From the NCBI GenBank assembly GCA_951406725.2, contig OX597828.1:40672001-40736000 (forward strand): a stretch of 64,000 nucleotides of DNA, given 5' to 3'. Positions 51,591-64,000 of the stretch are shown piece by piece. The DNA is from Octopus vulgaris (taxonomy: Eukaryota). Position 1 is the stretch's first letter; each line of letters opens with the position of its first letter. The notes under the pieces are model-generated. The model ran no database searches and had not been told where the DNA came from. It saw only the letters and a program-made list of their open reading frames with translations. Both the position numbers and the translations under genes were made by a program.

Positions 51591-51673
51591 TATGATGATG
51601 CTTGAGACACATTCAAACTGGTAAGAAAGCCATTCACTCTAATTTGTCATGGACAGAATTTCTCACTGTAGAC

Positions 51674-51849
51674 CAGTGGTTCCCAAACTATGAGTCGTGA
51701 CCCACAGATGGGTCGCAAAAAGTTATAAAATTACGCATTAACTTTGATTAACTGCTGTCTAATGTTTTTACTCAGTAGAGTTAAGTGGGTCGTCATAAAC
51801 TGGTGTGATAAATAGTGGGTCGCGACTCTAAAAAGTTTGGGAACCACTG
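51674..51849. mobile_element. hAT (Charlie-like) MITE
   Basis: TIR CAGTGGTTCCCAAACT/AGTTTGGGAACCACTG; perfect 8-bp TSD ctgtagac. Confidence 0.9.
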
Positions 51850-52012
51850 CTGTAGACAACTAAGTGTAAAACCATCGATTAAAAAGTAGTGGTTTAAAAG
51901 CAACATAGACTGGAGTAGTTTCCCTTTACTGAAATCCTGAAGACTTTATATCATAATCAAAGATGGATGATCTACAACATCAACAACAATAGTAAAAGAA
52001 GCATTTCCTTAC

Positions 52013-52106
52013 TTTGGTCCTCCAGACATTGTGGGACATGTCTTTTCAGTACAATGTTCACATATAGTGCCGTATAATAAGTTAATCCGATTGAAGAAGT
52101 CAACCA
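52013..52106 (-). CDS. MOB3: MOB3-like coding exon ((V)[30 protein letters not shown](K))
   Basis: Not in the ORF track; read by hand from the reverse strand. Acceptor tttttcag, donor gtaagg, 94 nt, phase fits both neighbours. Contains the CxxxxC pair of MOB-family zinc ligands. Confidence 0.95.
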
Positions 52107-53226
52107 CTGAAAAAAGAAAGGATAGAAATTTGTTAAAGTGTTCTAAGAAATCACAACAGACAGTTCAGAGACCTAAAACCATCATTATTTATCAGGATGT
52201 TTATTTTATGTTTGTTTTATTATGCTTCCATAAAATATCTATAATTTCTTTAAAAGCGATGAATTTAAAGAATTTTTATCCTAATGCAACACAGTTTCTT
52301 TTTTCTTTCTTTCATCAGATGCGGAATAATATACATTGCTATAAAATAAGATTCTATCTCCGAACTCATCTGCATTAAGATTTGAAATGTAAGATCTTTT
52401 CTACCTTGATGACGAACGCTTGACTTACCCAACGTTGATTGCTTCCATTACAACCGCATATTGTGATGAACTACATGTACCCACATTTATAATGGATCAT
52501 TGAGCCCTAGAAACAGCTGTTGGATTTATATTTTCTCTGCTGTTCATACTCTGTGTAAGTTGAATCTATTTAGTTTAACCAGCCCAGCTGAAACCGCCTC
52601 TAGCTCTGTAGTACAAATATCTTGCTTTTATAAGGTATAAATTAAAATCTTCCACCAAACTTTAGTCACAATTTATGTTCCTAACACTAGCTTAATGATA
52701 ACTAAGTTATTTTACTAAATTCTTTGTTATATTTAAAATTAATTGAAAGAAACACAGAGCATCTCAAAATAAATATGGTAAAGAAATGGTTAAACATTCA
52801 TATAGTTACGCTTAAAAATTCATCGTCTGAAAGTCTCCACTTTTTGCAAGTATACATATTTTGTATTTAATACCCAGACTGTTATATTTGATATATCTAA
52901 TTTGTTTATCTGCATTATTGCTACAAAATATGAAATAAGAAATATTACTGCATGTAGTCCACTCTGCTGGGTGGCTGGTGCTAGAAAGGGCATCCAGATG
53001 CAAAAACCCTGCCAAAACAGACAGAAATTTGGTGCAGGTTCCTGCTTGGCCAGCCCCTACCAAACCGTCCAACCCATGGATGGTGGGTGTTAAATGATGA
53101 TGATGTAGTATTACTAGATTGTCCAACAATGCTTACCTCTGACAGGCAATACCTGATCCCATCTAACATCACTATAGCCACAAACAGTGGCTAACAAAGC
53201 AAGTGGTTTCAGATTTTTTCTTTTAT

Positions 53227-53540
53227 CTTTTACTTGTTTCAGTCTAGACTGTGGCCATACTGGGGCACAGCCTTGAAGAACATTTATTCAAATGAATCAC
53301 CCCCAGTACTTATTCTATCAAACTCTTTTTTGTCAAACTGTTAACTTACAGGGACTTAAACACACCAACAGTAGTTGTTAAGCAGTGGTGGGACGCACAC
53401 ACTCACAAGCTTCTGTCAGTACTGCCTACCAAGCCCACTCACAAGGCTTTGGTCAGACTAAGGCTATAGAAGACACTTGCCCAAGATGCCATGCAGTGAG
53501 AACTGAACCTGGAACCATGTGGTCGGGAAGCAAGCTTCTT
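53227..53540 (-). mobile_element. Family A SINE, diverged; head interrupted by a family B SINE
   Basis: cttttacttgtttcagtc...gaagacacttgcccaag...aagcaagcttctt. Confidence 0.78.
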
Positions 53541-53544
53541 ATTT

Positions 53545-53763
53545 CTTTATTGCCCACAAGGGGCTAAACATAGAGGTGACAAACAAGGACAAAGGGGTTA
53601 ATTCGATTACATCGACCCCAGTGCGTAACTGGTACTTAATTTATCGACCCCAGAAGGATGAAAGGCAAAGTCGACCTCAGCAGAATTTGAACTCAGAATG
53701 TAACAGCAGATAAAATACCGCTAAGCTTTTCGCCCAGCGTACTAACGTTTCTGCCAGCTTGCC
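53545..53763 (-). mobile_element. SINE family B, full length
   Basis: Reverse complement of the family B consensus (ggcaagctggcagaaacgttag...gttctgagttcaaattc). Confidence 0.8.
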
Positions 53764-53838
53764 ACACATACAGGCACAGGTGAAGCTGTGTGGTAAGAAG
53801 CTTGCTTTCTTAACCACACAGCTTTACCTGTGCATGTA

Positions 53839-53884
<46 letters not shown>

Positions 53885-54282
53885 AGCTGATGCTATGTCA
53901 TTACACAAATTGTGATAATCCACTGTACCAAGCAGACATTTTATAGTTAGAACAGAGGTAGGCAAACTGTGGCCTGAATGGCAAACCTAATTTCATGAAG
54001 AAAATAACGTTTATCAAAATTTAATCTTTTTTTTCTTTTTAGCAGTGTGGTTCACCTGATAATGATCTAAGTCTCGTGCAGCCCATTTCTTGAAAAGGGT
54101 TGCCCATGCCTAAGTTAAAACTTGCACTCTTTGTAATTCTAAGTGAGCAGATGACACCATTTTAAAGTGAGTACATTGCACTTAAACAAAAACCTAATTA
54201 GGCGAGGAAGAACAACGTATCTTCACTCAGAGTAAACATAACAGAGCAAACTTCATCTGTTAGAGAATATGATCCTCTGATA

Positions 54283-54544
54283 CAGTGTTTTCCAACCATT
54301 TTTATTGTATATGGAACCTTTTTTATTTCTATTTATATAGACCCTTTTGATTTCTATTTTACTTGGGTGGACTCTCATAGCTATTTGGTGTTTGAAAAAA
54401 ATGTTATCATGCTTTTATTACTAAGCATTATTAGGGATTATATTAAAATGTTAAAATATTTTGTCTATTGTAGAAGTTTAAGCGATTTATTGCACACAAA
54501 TTTTAGCCACAAAATCTTTCATGGACTCCAGTTGAGAAGCACTG
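54283..54544. mobile_element. Diverged hAT (Charlie-like) MITE
   Basis: cagtgttttccaac...gttgagaagcactg; TSD not clear. Confidence 0.55.
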
Positions 54545-54780
54545 CTTCTAACATAATAAACAAAACAAAAAGAAAATTTTTCTTTGTACCACAATAAAAG
54601 AGTAATAAAAGAGTTATTTCCCCTGTATAGGTAGTTTCTATGTAACCATGACAATAGTGTCCAATGTCACTGGTAATGATTGCCGATCTGACTAAAAACA
54701 CCTCATTGAATCATTAGGCACTAATATGAAGACTACAAACAGAATCATTTTAGACTATAATGACAGGAAAATGAAAAGCA

Positions 54781-55704
54781 TTAGCCAAAGGCATCATGTA
54801 ATGTAATGCAAAAGTTGATAATGAGAAATATATCCCACCCTCCTCGAATATGGTTTAAGATGTTATACAATTTTGAGAATGCAGATTTTTGCCAGCCATA
54901 TTCGTCTTGATCTTTACACATTTTGCATCTTCTGTGATCAAAGTTCCAAGGTACCCGCCTAATGATTTGATCATTCACTTTCAGCATGCACTTCTTTCTC
55001 ACCACCATATACACCTGGTCTTCTGGCAATTTATAAACAGGCCCTTCCTCTCACTTTCTCTGACCACTTCATCTAGAAGTCTCTGAAGTTCCTTTTCCGA
55101 TTCCGCAAGTAAGACTGTGTCATCTGCATATTTTATGTTTGTGATGTTTCTGCCTTCTACCCTACAACCCTTTTTCTCCCTTTCCAGTTCTCTAATGATC
55201 GATTCGCGATAGTAATAGTAATTGAAAAGAGTTGGTGACATAACACTTCTTTGCCTGACCCCTTTCCTGATGTTAGTGCATTCACTGCCTTCCCTATCTA
55301 CCTTTATGCACACTGATTGGTTACAAGATTCGGAGGTCTTTCACAAGTGGATCAAGGTTACCAAGTTCTTCAAATAACATATTATGACTTACTTTACCGA
55401 AGGCTTTTGTGTAATCTATAAAACACACAAGGATGTCTTTTTGCATCTCCACCGCCCACTCTGTTACCATTCTCAATACAAAAATAACATTCCTAACACT
55501 AGCACTCTTTACAAAGCCTAACTGCTCAATTCCAATCTCGGATGTTATTCTGCTTCTTGTCCACAGGAGTAAAATTCTCAGAATGATCTTTGTAACGTGA
55601 TTCATTAGACTAATTGTGCAATGTTGTTCACGGTCCACTGCCCCTGATTTCTTCAGGCATGCAACAAAAATGGATTCACTCGGATCTTCTGGAAACTTCT
55701 TCAC
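54781..55704 (-). pseudogene. LINE (RTE-like) reverse transcriptase fragment, frameshifted
   Basis: Motifs TISLMNHVTKI, VCFIDYTKAFGKV, KGVRQRSVMSPTLFN and NIKYADDTVLLA are spread over three disrupted frames. Confidence 0.9.
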
Positions 55705-57313
55705 AGATCTTGTTTATTACATCCAGCAGCTTTGACCCAGCATCTCTGTTTTTGTCATTTTGATGACTGCCTGTACTTCATATAACATAATCTTTGAACC
55801 CTGATTAGAGTCAGGAAGCTCCTACAAACTACAGGCAGGTCTCCAAGGATCTGTAAATTCCATGGATACAGAGACTTCCTCCAGATCAAACCATTAAAAT
55901 AAAAAAGGCTGGATGTATTTAGTGTATTAAATACTGGAACTGATACTACAGAGGTTGTCTTTTGAGAAAACAGTATTTCCCTATTCTTTATCAATCCTCT
56001 CTGAAGTGAGTGCTTACCTTAGTGAGTCACTTTCCTGTGACCCAAGGATTGTTTCCTGTCAACTACAATAAGCATTTTTTCAGAGTTCATCTTTGTTGAC
56101 AAGCTGTTCTCATTGTAGCAAAAACAGTCAGGCCTCTTTGAGGTGAGTATTTAGGACAGCTTAGTAGCAAAGATGATTGAGAAAGCTTGTTTAAGCAAAT
56201 GTTACTGAGATACCAACACAAGCAGTGAGCCAACAAGGGAAGCTTTTACACGAGTGTTTAACTAAAGAAAAATAGCAGCCATATTTCAATCAAATTACAC
56301 CCCTCTTAAATAATCTTTTCTGCTATAGGAACAAGGCCTGAAATTTAGGTGTAAGGGGACTAGTTAATTTCATCGACCCCAGTGTTTCACTGGTACTTAA
56401 TTTATTGACTCCGAAAGAATGAAAGACTAAGTTGACCTCAGCGGAATTTGAAATCAGAACATAGCAGTAGATGAAATACCACTAAGCATTTCACCCAGTA
56501 CTCTAACGATTCTGATACACAAAAAGATGGCTTGGTCAAAGCTTTGATCAATGGTCTACTCAATTAGAACTGATCTGGTGATAAACGATACAAGATATTT
56601 AATATCATCATCAGGAAAAAGCTATATTAATTCACATGGATTATGAAGAAGTGCTATAGATCCTTAGTAAAAACTAATAACATCGTCCAACATTGTTATG
56701 ACTTATACACCATGGCAGGATATAATAATATTGTGGATAGTTTCCATAACATGGTATTGTGTAATAATATTATAGGTAAGACTTCAATATCATGGTAAGG
56801 CTTAATAAAAATATTAAGCTATCACTACAACACAATGGTATTTTTTAATGATATATATTTTATCTCCATTAGCTAATGAAAATCACTTGATTGTATTTTA
56901 CAAAGATAAATGTCAGTTTATAATTTTATCAAAGTCCCTATCCTATCATTGGTAGGATTGACAGAGAGTGAGATAGTCTCATTGTTAGAAGTATACCATT
57001 ATAACATCCTTGGCTGCTAGAAATAGCAGTCAAACTTCAAATCACACTCAGCCATCTTCAACAAAAAAGGGAAAGGCACACAGAACACAATGTAGTTATG
57101 AATATACAGATGGGCTGAAGAACAACACAAGGTATTTTAATATCATCATAAAAGAAATTATATTGCAAAAAACAGCAGCCAATTTTCCTTTAGATCATGC
57201 CTTACTGTCTCAAAAAAAGACATAAATATATATATATAAAAAAAAAAGATGGGATGGTTACAGCTGGAACATCTTCATATTTTGCTTAAGCAGAGTTGAC
57301 CAGGAACTAAATA

Positions 57314-57770
57314 ATCATCATCATCATTTAATGTCCGTTATCCATGCTGGCATGGATTGGACAGTTTGACCGGCACTGGTAAGCCGGAGGGTTGCACTAG
57401 ACTCCAGTCTAATTTGACACGGTTTTCTACAGCTGGATGCCCTTCCTAATGCCAACCACCTTGAGAGTGTAATGGGTGCTTTTATGTGCCACCGGCATGG
57501 GAGCCATTTGCATGACACTCGTATCTACCATGACTGTGATTTTGTTAGGCTTGATGGGTCTTCTTCTCAAGCATAACATAATGCCAAAGGTCTTGGTCAT
57601 AGCCTCCATGAGGCCCAACACTTGAAAGGAACGTGAAAGAACTCAACCACTTTGGCTCCCTGAAGCCCAGTGCTCTAAAGGAACTTAGTCACTTTGCCTG
57701 TGAGGCCCAGTGCACAAATGGAACTCAGCCACTTTGCCTCCATGAGGCCCAATGCTCGAAAGGATAACAA
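57314..57770 (-). mobile_element. Dispersed retroposon family E with (ATG)n tail; this copy has ~4 internal ~40-bp tandem units at 57602-57763
   Basis: Shared body ccatgctggcatgg...ctggatgcccttcctaatgccaaccac also occurs at ~36455-36700, ~40745-40940 and ~52960-53100 (opposite strand). Confidence 0.6.
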
Positions 57771-58779
57771 TTCCAATACAAAAGCACTATTTGCCTATAT
57801 AGAGAGTGCCCCAGTTTTTAACAAGAATCTATACTCATCATTAATGATGTTCAGATAAATAATTTTCTACCTCATTTTCAGCTTTCTAATCTGATTGAGA
57901 TTATTTCAACTAGCAAGTAAATCTTAATCTATAATAGCCATTAAATTATTAATCTGCTCATTGAAAATATTTGCTGGATTACTGATTCACAGGAATTTAA
58001 TTTTTTTTATTAGCATTGCTTTTATTGTTATTACTTTTTTTGACATAACAATATACATGCTCACATGTACAACACAATGTGAGCATGTATATCTGAGTGA
58101 GTGTGTTTACTGATACAGTTGACCTAGTGTTAACATAAAATAAAAGGTAAACTAGAAAAGTGAAGGGAAAAACATTAGTCACTGACTAAAGTGCTTTTGA
58201 TGTTGCAATAGCAAGTAGGGGCAGACAACTATGATAATGTCTTCAGTCTTATTTGAGTTCTTCAGTGAAGCTTAACCATCACTTTATTTGAGTTCTTCAG
58301 TGAAGCTTAACCATCACTGTACGTGACTGACATCACGATGAGAGAACCCCTACATTGAAGTACAAATTTGTATATGAGCAGACAATGAACACTAGAATAG
58401 TTTAGACAAGCAACGTTTTGCAATAGCATATTTATTTTACAGCAATGGCTTTATAGATTTATTGACCTTTAAATTTCTGTATTTTTTGAGTTATTTTAAA
58501 TGAGATACTTTCAAATACTTAAAAACGAATGTCATACTGGAGGACCTGTATAATAAGATTCCGCTTAAGAAATATAGAAATTTACAATTAAAAATCTCCT
58601 TAAAACCTTTATATCATATTTCATAACATTTTTTTGTCTTGAAGTTAGAAACCAATTATGTGGAAAGTATTTCAGAATAAAAGAGGTCAACTGACAATGA
58701 ATTCACAGTTTACGTTTAATGAGTTTAAGAACAAAAAAAGTCATAGGTTTGGTTTGCATTAAATAAAGTTATGAGTCTT

Positions 58780-59160
58780 ATAGCTATGTGTTTAAGAAGC
58801 TTGCTTTGCAAACCACATGGTTTCAAGTTCACTCTCACTGCACAGCACCTTGGACCAAGTAACTTCTATTATAACCTCATGAGTGAAATTGGTAGACAGA
58901 AACTGTGTAGAAGACTGTCATATACATACATACATACATACATACATACATACGCACAAACATACATATAAATGTGATGTGTGCGTCTTTGCGTTTGTCT
59001 GCCTCTGTTGCTTGACAACCAGGGTTAGTTTGTTTACAGCCATGCAACTTAGCTGTTTGGCAAAAGACCCTGATAGAGTAAGTACCAGATTTAAAAGTGT
59101 AGGGGGTCAATGTGTTCAACTAAACCATTCAAGACCACAGACCAAATGGCTGTAACAAAG
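58780..59160 (+). mobile_element. Family A SINE, old and diverged
   Basis: Head (aagaagcttgctttgcaaaccacatgg) and body still recognisable. Confidence 0.65.
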
Positions 59161-59229
59161 GCAGTATCAACAGAAATATGGTGACAAAAGGGATATTGTT
59201 GTTGTTGCTGCTGCAGATGATGATGGTTA

Positions 59230-59770
59230 CAAATTTTGCCACAAGGGCAGCAATTTTGGGGGAAGGGGACAAGTCGATTACATCAACCTGTGTTTCACTA
59301 CTACTACTACTACTACTACTACTAATAATAATAATAATAATTCTTTCTACCGGTAGCACAAGGCCTCAAATTTAGGGGGAAGGGATTAACTCGATTACTT
59401 CAACCCCAGTGCATAACTGGTACTTATTTAATCGATCCTGAAAGGATGAAAGGCAAAGTCGACCTCAGCAGAATTTGAACTCAGAACGTAAGGATGAATG
59501 AAATACTGCATTGCATTTCACCTGGCGCCATAATGATTCTGCCAGCTTGCTGTCTTAATAACGGATTCAAATTTTGGCACAATGCCATCAATTTCAAGGG
59601 AGAGGATAAACTGATTATACTGACCCCAGTGCATAACTGGTACTTATTTTATCGACCGCGAAAGGATGAAAAGTAAAGTCATCCTTGACGGCATTTAAAC
59701 ACGGAACGTAAAGTCGTAATGCTGCTGAGCCTCTTTCCCAAAGCAGTAATGATCCTGCCAGCTCACCACC
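59230..59770 (-). mobile_element. Cluster of tandem family B SINE copies and fragments with (TAA)/(TAC) tracts
   Basis: Repeated ccccagtgcataactggtacttattt..atcga..gaaaggatgaaa segments. Confidence 0.7.
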
Positions 59771-60278
59771 TTAATAATAATAATAATAATAATAATAATG
59801 ATAATAATAAACACCGACAACTAACATAAATGCTATTAAGTCTCTATAATCACAGCACTTTCAACATCACTCACCTCTTTCTTTCTTTCTCTCTCTCTCT
59901 CTCTCTCTCACATTGAAACATAAATTCTTTATTTAAAATCTGAAATGGTCAGCAGCACCTAAACAGTCTAAGCAAATCACTTCAAATTAGACCAAAATTA
60001 CTTGGATTTAACGCTGCATCCATTTACATTAGCTTGTAATTTATAAATGGAATCATTATATGTACATTGAAACTATTATAGCTGTGTTTCGACTGTAATT
60101 ATTATAGTTATCGCCAGTAGCTTAAAAATTCAAAGACGTTAGCACAGTAGCGATACAATTTACACTTAGAAGCATTCTCTGTAGTTGCTACCATTTAAAA
60201 TATTGCAAGAAACAGTGGAACATTGAAGGAGTTGGCAGAAGACACAACATTTTACCATCGGCTATTCTTATATTTACT

Positions 60279-60487
60279 CTTTTACTTGTTTCAGTCATTT
60301 GACTGTGGCCACGCTGGAGCACTGCCTTTAGTCGAGCAAATTGACCCCAGGACTTATTCTTTGTAAGCCTAGTACTTATTCTATCGGTCTCTTTTGCCGA
60401 ACCGCTAAGTGACAGGGACGTAAACACACCAGCATCAGTTGTCAAGCGATGTTGGGGAGACAAACACAGACACACAAACATATACAC

Positions 60488-60540
<53 letters not shown>

Positions 60541-60698
60541 CGACGGGCTTCTTTTAGTTTCCGTCTACCAAATCCACTCACAAGGCTTTGGTCAGCTCAA
60601 GGCTATAGTAGAAGACACTTGCCCAAAGTGCCACGCAGTGGGACTGAACCCGGAACCATGTGGTTTGTAAGCAAGCTACTTACCACACAGTCACTCCT
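60279..60698 (-). mobile_element. Family A SINE, full length
   Basis: Near-identical to 984-1379 and 33136-33536. Confidence 0.9.
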
Positions 60699-61409
60699 AT
60701 TATTTACTTGTTTATTTAGTGCTTGTTGAATGTGCAGGAAGGGACAGTGTTCATGACCTCTGTAGGTCTTTTGGAAACCAGTGAGACTACTGACGTGACT
60801 GTCCCATTTAAAATATCCCAGGTCAACATGTAAAGGAAAGACGTGAACCGGAAGAAGATACAAGAAAGCCAATGTTCTAAGGAGAAGCAGCTAGACATAG
60901 AGGTTAGTGCAAGAGGCGGGATGGTGGGTACTGGACACAGCGAGGGTGATGAGAAATGGAAAGACAAGTGGAGTTGGGGGACCTCATTAAAGGGGTTATA
61001 TGACCAGCCAGCTCTGAGGAACAGAGGTCATTATGGCAGTGACAGAAAAGACAGAGAGAAGAAACAGCACACCACCGGACCAGATGCAGGAGCAGGTCTG
61101 TTAGTAATTTAATCCATTAGCATTTAAACTGGCCAGGTCTGGCCTCTCACACCTGCCCAACTATGTCATTCTAAAAATAGGCAATCATATCATCAAAATC
61201 TTGAAATTATGAGATAATGCTTAATAGGAATGCTAAAGGGTTAATGCCAATCAGTTGAATGTCCCTTCTCTGATTGTGGTGTAGGATATTTGTGTGTGCA
61301 GCAGTAGCAGTACTATCCCAGATAAGGGAGCAATGCACTATTCTGGGCTTAGCCTGGGCCTTGTAGACTATTAGAAGCTGCTAATGGCTTCCTATAAGAC
61401 TGCATCATA

Positions 61410-61720
61410 GCAATAGGTGTCGAAAGAGCTCTTTCTTTCCTGCTCCCAAGCAACTCTGGTATGCCCCAGGGACCAGTTTAGTTCCCAACCCTCTTCATTC
61501 TGTACATCAAGAACCTATTTGCAATCCAACAACACTGCTCACTTTTGTACAAATGATATGACCCTTCATTTTGCCCCAACCTTCTCCAACTATGCATCAT
61601 CTGCACACACAACCTAGGCAGCAAATACCAAACCTTCATTGATTCCAGGATCAAAAGGGAAACTTGAAGGCACCTGCCAAAGGAGCTGTGCCAATCTTGC
61701 CTCTATTAACACCAAAAACC
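61410..61720 (+). pseudogene. Highly decayed LINE reverse transcriptase remnant
   Basis: tctggtatgccccagggaccagtttagttcccaaccctcttcattctgtacatcaag gives SGMPQGPV/xPTLFILYIK across a frameshift, compared with the LINE motif SGVPQGSVLGPTLFLLYIND. Confidence 0.5.
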
Positions 61721-62008
61721 CCTCCCCAAATACTTATACATTTATGCTCCCTTGAAAAAACCCCAAAACACAAGTAATATCCAGTGAGAACCCCCTAGTC
61801 ATTCAAAATGCTGGACCTCACTAGTGAAAATCTTTCTCAGCAAAACACATTCTTCATATGACAGCTTGTTGGGGGGAGGATGTCAAATTAGATGGTGATG
61901 ATGATGATAGGATGACGATGAGGACAACTAAGAAGAGGAACTTGAAAGCAAATGTAAAAACAAAGACATAGGCATTCATTGAATAAAATATTGAAAAGTA
62001 AGTCATAC

Positions 62009-62159
62009 CATGTACGGCAATCCAGTCATTTATATCTTCATTTGGTGGTAAACGGACAACTTCTTTCAGATCAATGCCAGCATTCAGCGAAGCATTGGCC
62101 TGTTTGTGAAGTTCATACTTCATGGTGCCAGGTTCAAACCGCTTCTTGGGTCGAAAAGT
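62009..62159 (-). CDS. MOB3: MOB kinase activator 3-like, internal coding exon ([50 protein letters not shown]); most upstream exon found
   Basis: Close match to the MOB3 N-terminal region (human [31 protein letters not shown]...DWVAVH). Acceptor ttttacag, donor gtatga, 151 nt (phase 0 in, phase 1 out). Confidence 0.95.
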
Positions 62160-63063
62160 CTGTAAAACAAGTAGAAAGAACAAGATCAGTTACTAGATCA
62201 ACACTAATCATTTATATAATGCATTTTTATAAATGTATACACATACAAAAGATTATATAGATACATAAAAGTGTGTGTGTGCATGCATGTATATATATAT
62301 TTATATACATACACACACACACACACACATTTATTCTGCTAGTATCTTATTTCACTAATTGAATTTTCACAAATGCTCGATCTAGCAGATGCATTATTAG
62401 TATAAGCAATCATTAAAATTATAATTTTTTACAGTACATCATATATACACATAATTATATATATTGCTGACATCATAAGACTTTTATAAACTTTTGAGAG
62501 AATATGCAGTAACTCTTTTTTGGAATAGTATAACAGTGAAGTACGCACATAAAGCTATAAATAATAGAATGTTTATAAATATCAAAATTAGGTTGAAAAA
62601 ACATTTTGGGTAGAAAAATTTGAAGGTAGCCTTGGACTTTTTCTATTGAAGGCTACTTTCAGTTTTTTATATCCAAATCACAATGATATGCTTTCTAAAT
62701 ATCATAATGATATGATTACTCTCCTGTGTGAATATGTTTGTAATCAATTAAAATGCTACTTCAAGAGAATGATTTACCATATATATCACAGTGAAATGGC
62801 AGAATATTGTTTATAGCTGCATGTGTACGTGAGCTTCAAGATATACTATTCCCCCAAAATTATTTATTTATACACACACACATACAGTGGTTGTGAAAAT
62901 TGTGTACAAATAGATGTGCAACTGCTACCGTTACGTCTAGAGCACCAGATTATCTTAATCCAGTCTGCTACTCTAGGGTTCCAAACAACCACAATAGTGA
63001 AGTATGCATAGGAACTATTATATAAACCTGTTTATCCTTATTCCTCACACACACACACACACA

Positions 63064-63275
63064 CAGTGTGCAGAAAAGTTCCTGGTTTTAAGGGTATCGC
63101 AAAAGGCTTGGTTGGGGGCCCAACCTTCTGAGTTCTTTTACAGGGCTTAGAAAAACTGAAGGACTGCTGCAATAAGTGTGTGAATCTGAGAGGGGAATAC
63201 ATTGAATAAAATCATGATTTACCTATCCTCTTGCATTTTCTTTTACCTGAAGCCAAGAACTTTCCAGTAACCCCT
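63064..63275 (+). mobile_element. Internally deleted mariner element
   Basis: C-terminal transposase remnant GLEKLKDCCNKCVNLRGEYIE*; inverted ends gaaaagttcctgg / ccaagaactttcc. Confidence 0.6.
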
Positions 63276-63634
63276 TATATATATCAGGGATTTTATACTT
63301 AGTAAAAGTTGATATTTAGCAGTTCTACCTGACTGGTCATATGGCTGTAATCTCAATACCTGCATTTTACATTTTATGATGCCTTCAATGAAGAAACCCC
63401 TTATTTGTCTAAGCCTATCAAAAGCCTATATCTGAGTTCCATATCACAGCAAGGTAATGATATAATAAATGCAAGACACACCATACACATGTCTTCATAG
63501 ACATACATGGTATCAAAAATTAGGTGTGAATGCCTTTGATCAAATATCTGACTTATAGTCAAGGGCTTTCCAGCCATGACCATTCTGTCTTTTTAAGAAT
63601 ATCTAGGAAATCAAGATGGTAGGGATATAATTTC

Positions 63635-64000
63635 GAGGGGAATTTAGTTGCTCTTTCTAACAGATTAAGAATCATATAAAGTCTACTTTGTTGGTTTGAA
63701 TAAGGAAATTTAGCTGCTATTTCTCACAGATCAATAACTACGTGAAAGCTCCGTTATTGGCTTGATTAAGGGAATTTAGCAGCTATTTCTAACAAATCAA
63801 AAACCATGTAGAAGCTTTTTTGTTGATTTAAGGGTATTTAGCTACTATTTCTCACAGATCAAGAACCATGTAGAGGCTCTGTCGTTTGTTTGATTAAGGG
63901 AATTTAGCTGCTATTTCTCACAGGTAATAATTACGTGAAAGCTCCTTTACTGGCTTGATTAAAGGAATTTAGCTGCTATTTCTAACAAGTCAAAAACCAT
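63635..64000. repeat. Diverged tandem repeat, ~62-66-bp unit with ~194-bp higher-order period; runs off the window end
   Basis: aagggaatttagctgctatttct recurs at ~63701, 63767, 63829, 63895 and 63960; units three apart are most alike. Confidence 0.8.

Noticed and set aside
63355-63420. Candidate MOB3 first exon ending at a minus-strand CAG|GTATT
   Set aside because: No resemblance to MOB3 N-termini, and only a trivial ATG-initiated frame.

Overview
AT-rich, repeat-dense eukaryotic DNA, most likely from an octopus or other coleoid cephalopod (inferred from the tRNA-derived SINE families and microsatellite load). There is one host gene: a MOB kinase activator 3 (MOB3)-like gene on the minus strand, with six GT-AG-bounded, phase-compatible coding exons between 62159 and 47168. 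Its short first coding exon was not found and is probably outside the window. Positions 4.7-24 kb hold two composite satellite islands built from four monomers (22, 9, 10 and 52 bp) arranged in ordered higher-order patterns. Each island is bracketed by a long direct duplication of otherwise unique flanking DNA (~290 bp and ~710 bp), and the two islands share a ~420-bp run of the same monomer variants. This is the best candidate for an undescribed system (satellite cassettes that spread with long flanking duplications), but an assembly artefact must be excluded first. Other notable items: a mariner > SINE > Merlin-like MITE nest, a 19 x 34-bp minisatellite inside a piggyBac-type MITE, a minimal hammerhead ribozyme in sense orientation in a MOB3 intron, and inverted SINE pairs flanking MOB3 exons. 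Nearly all long ORFs in the supplied track are artefacts of repeat translation.
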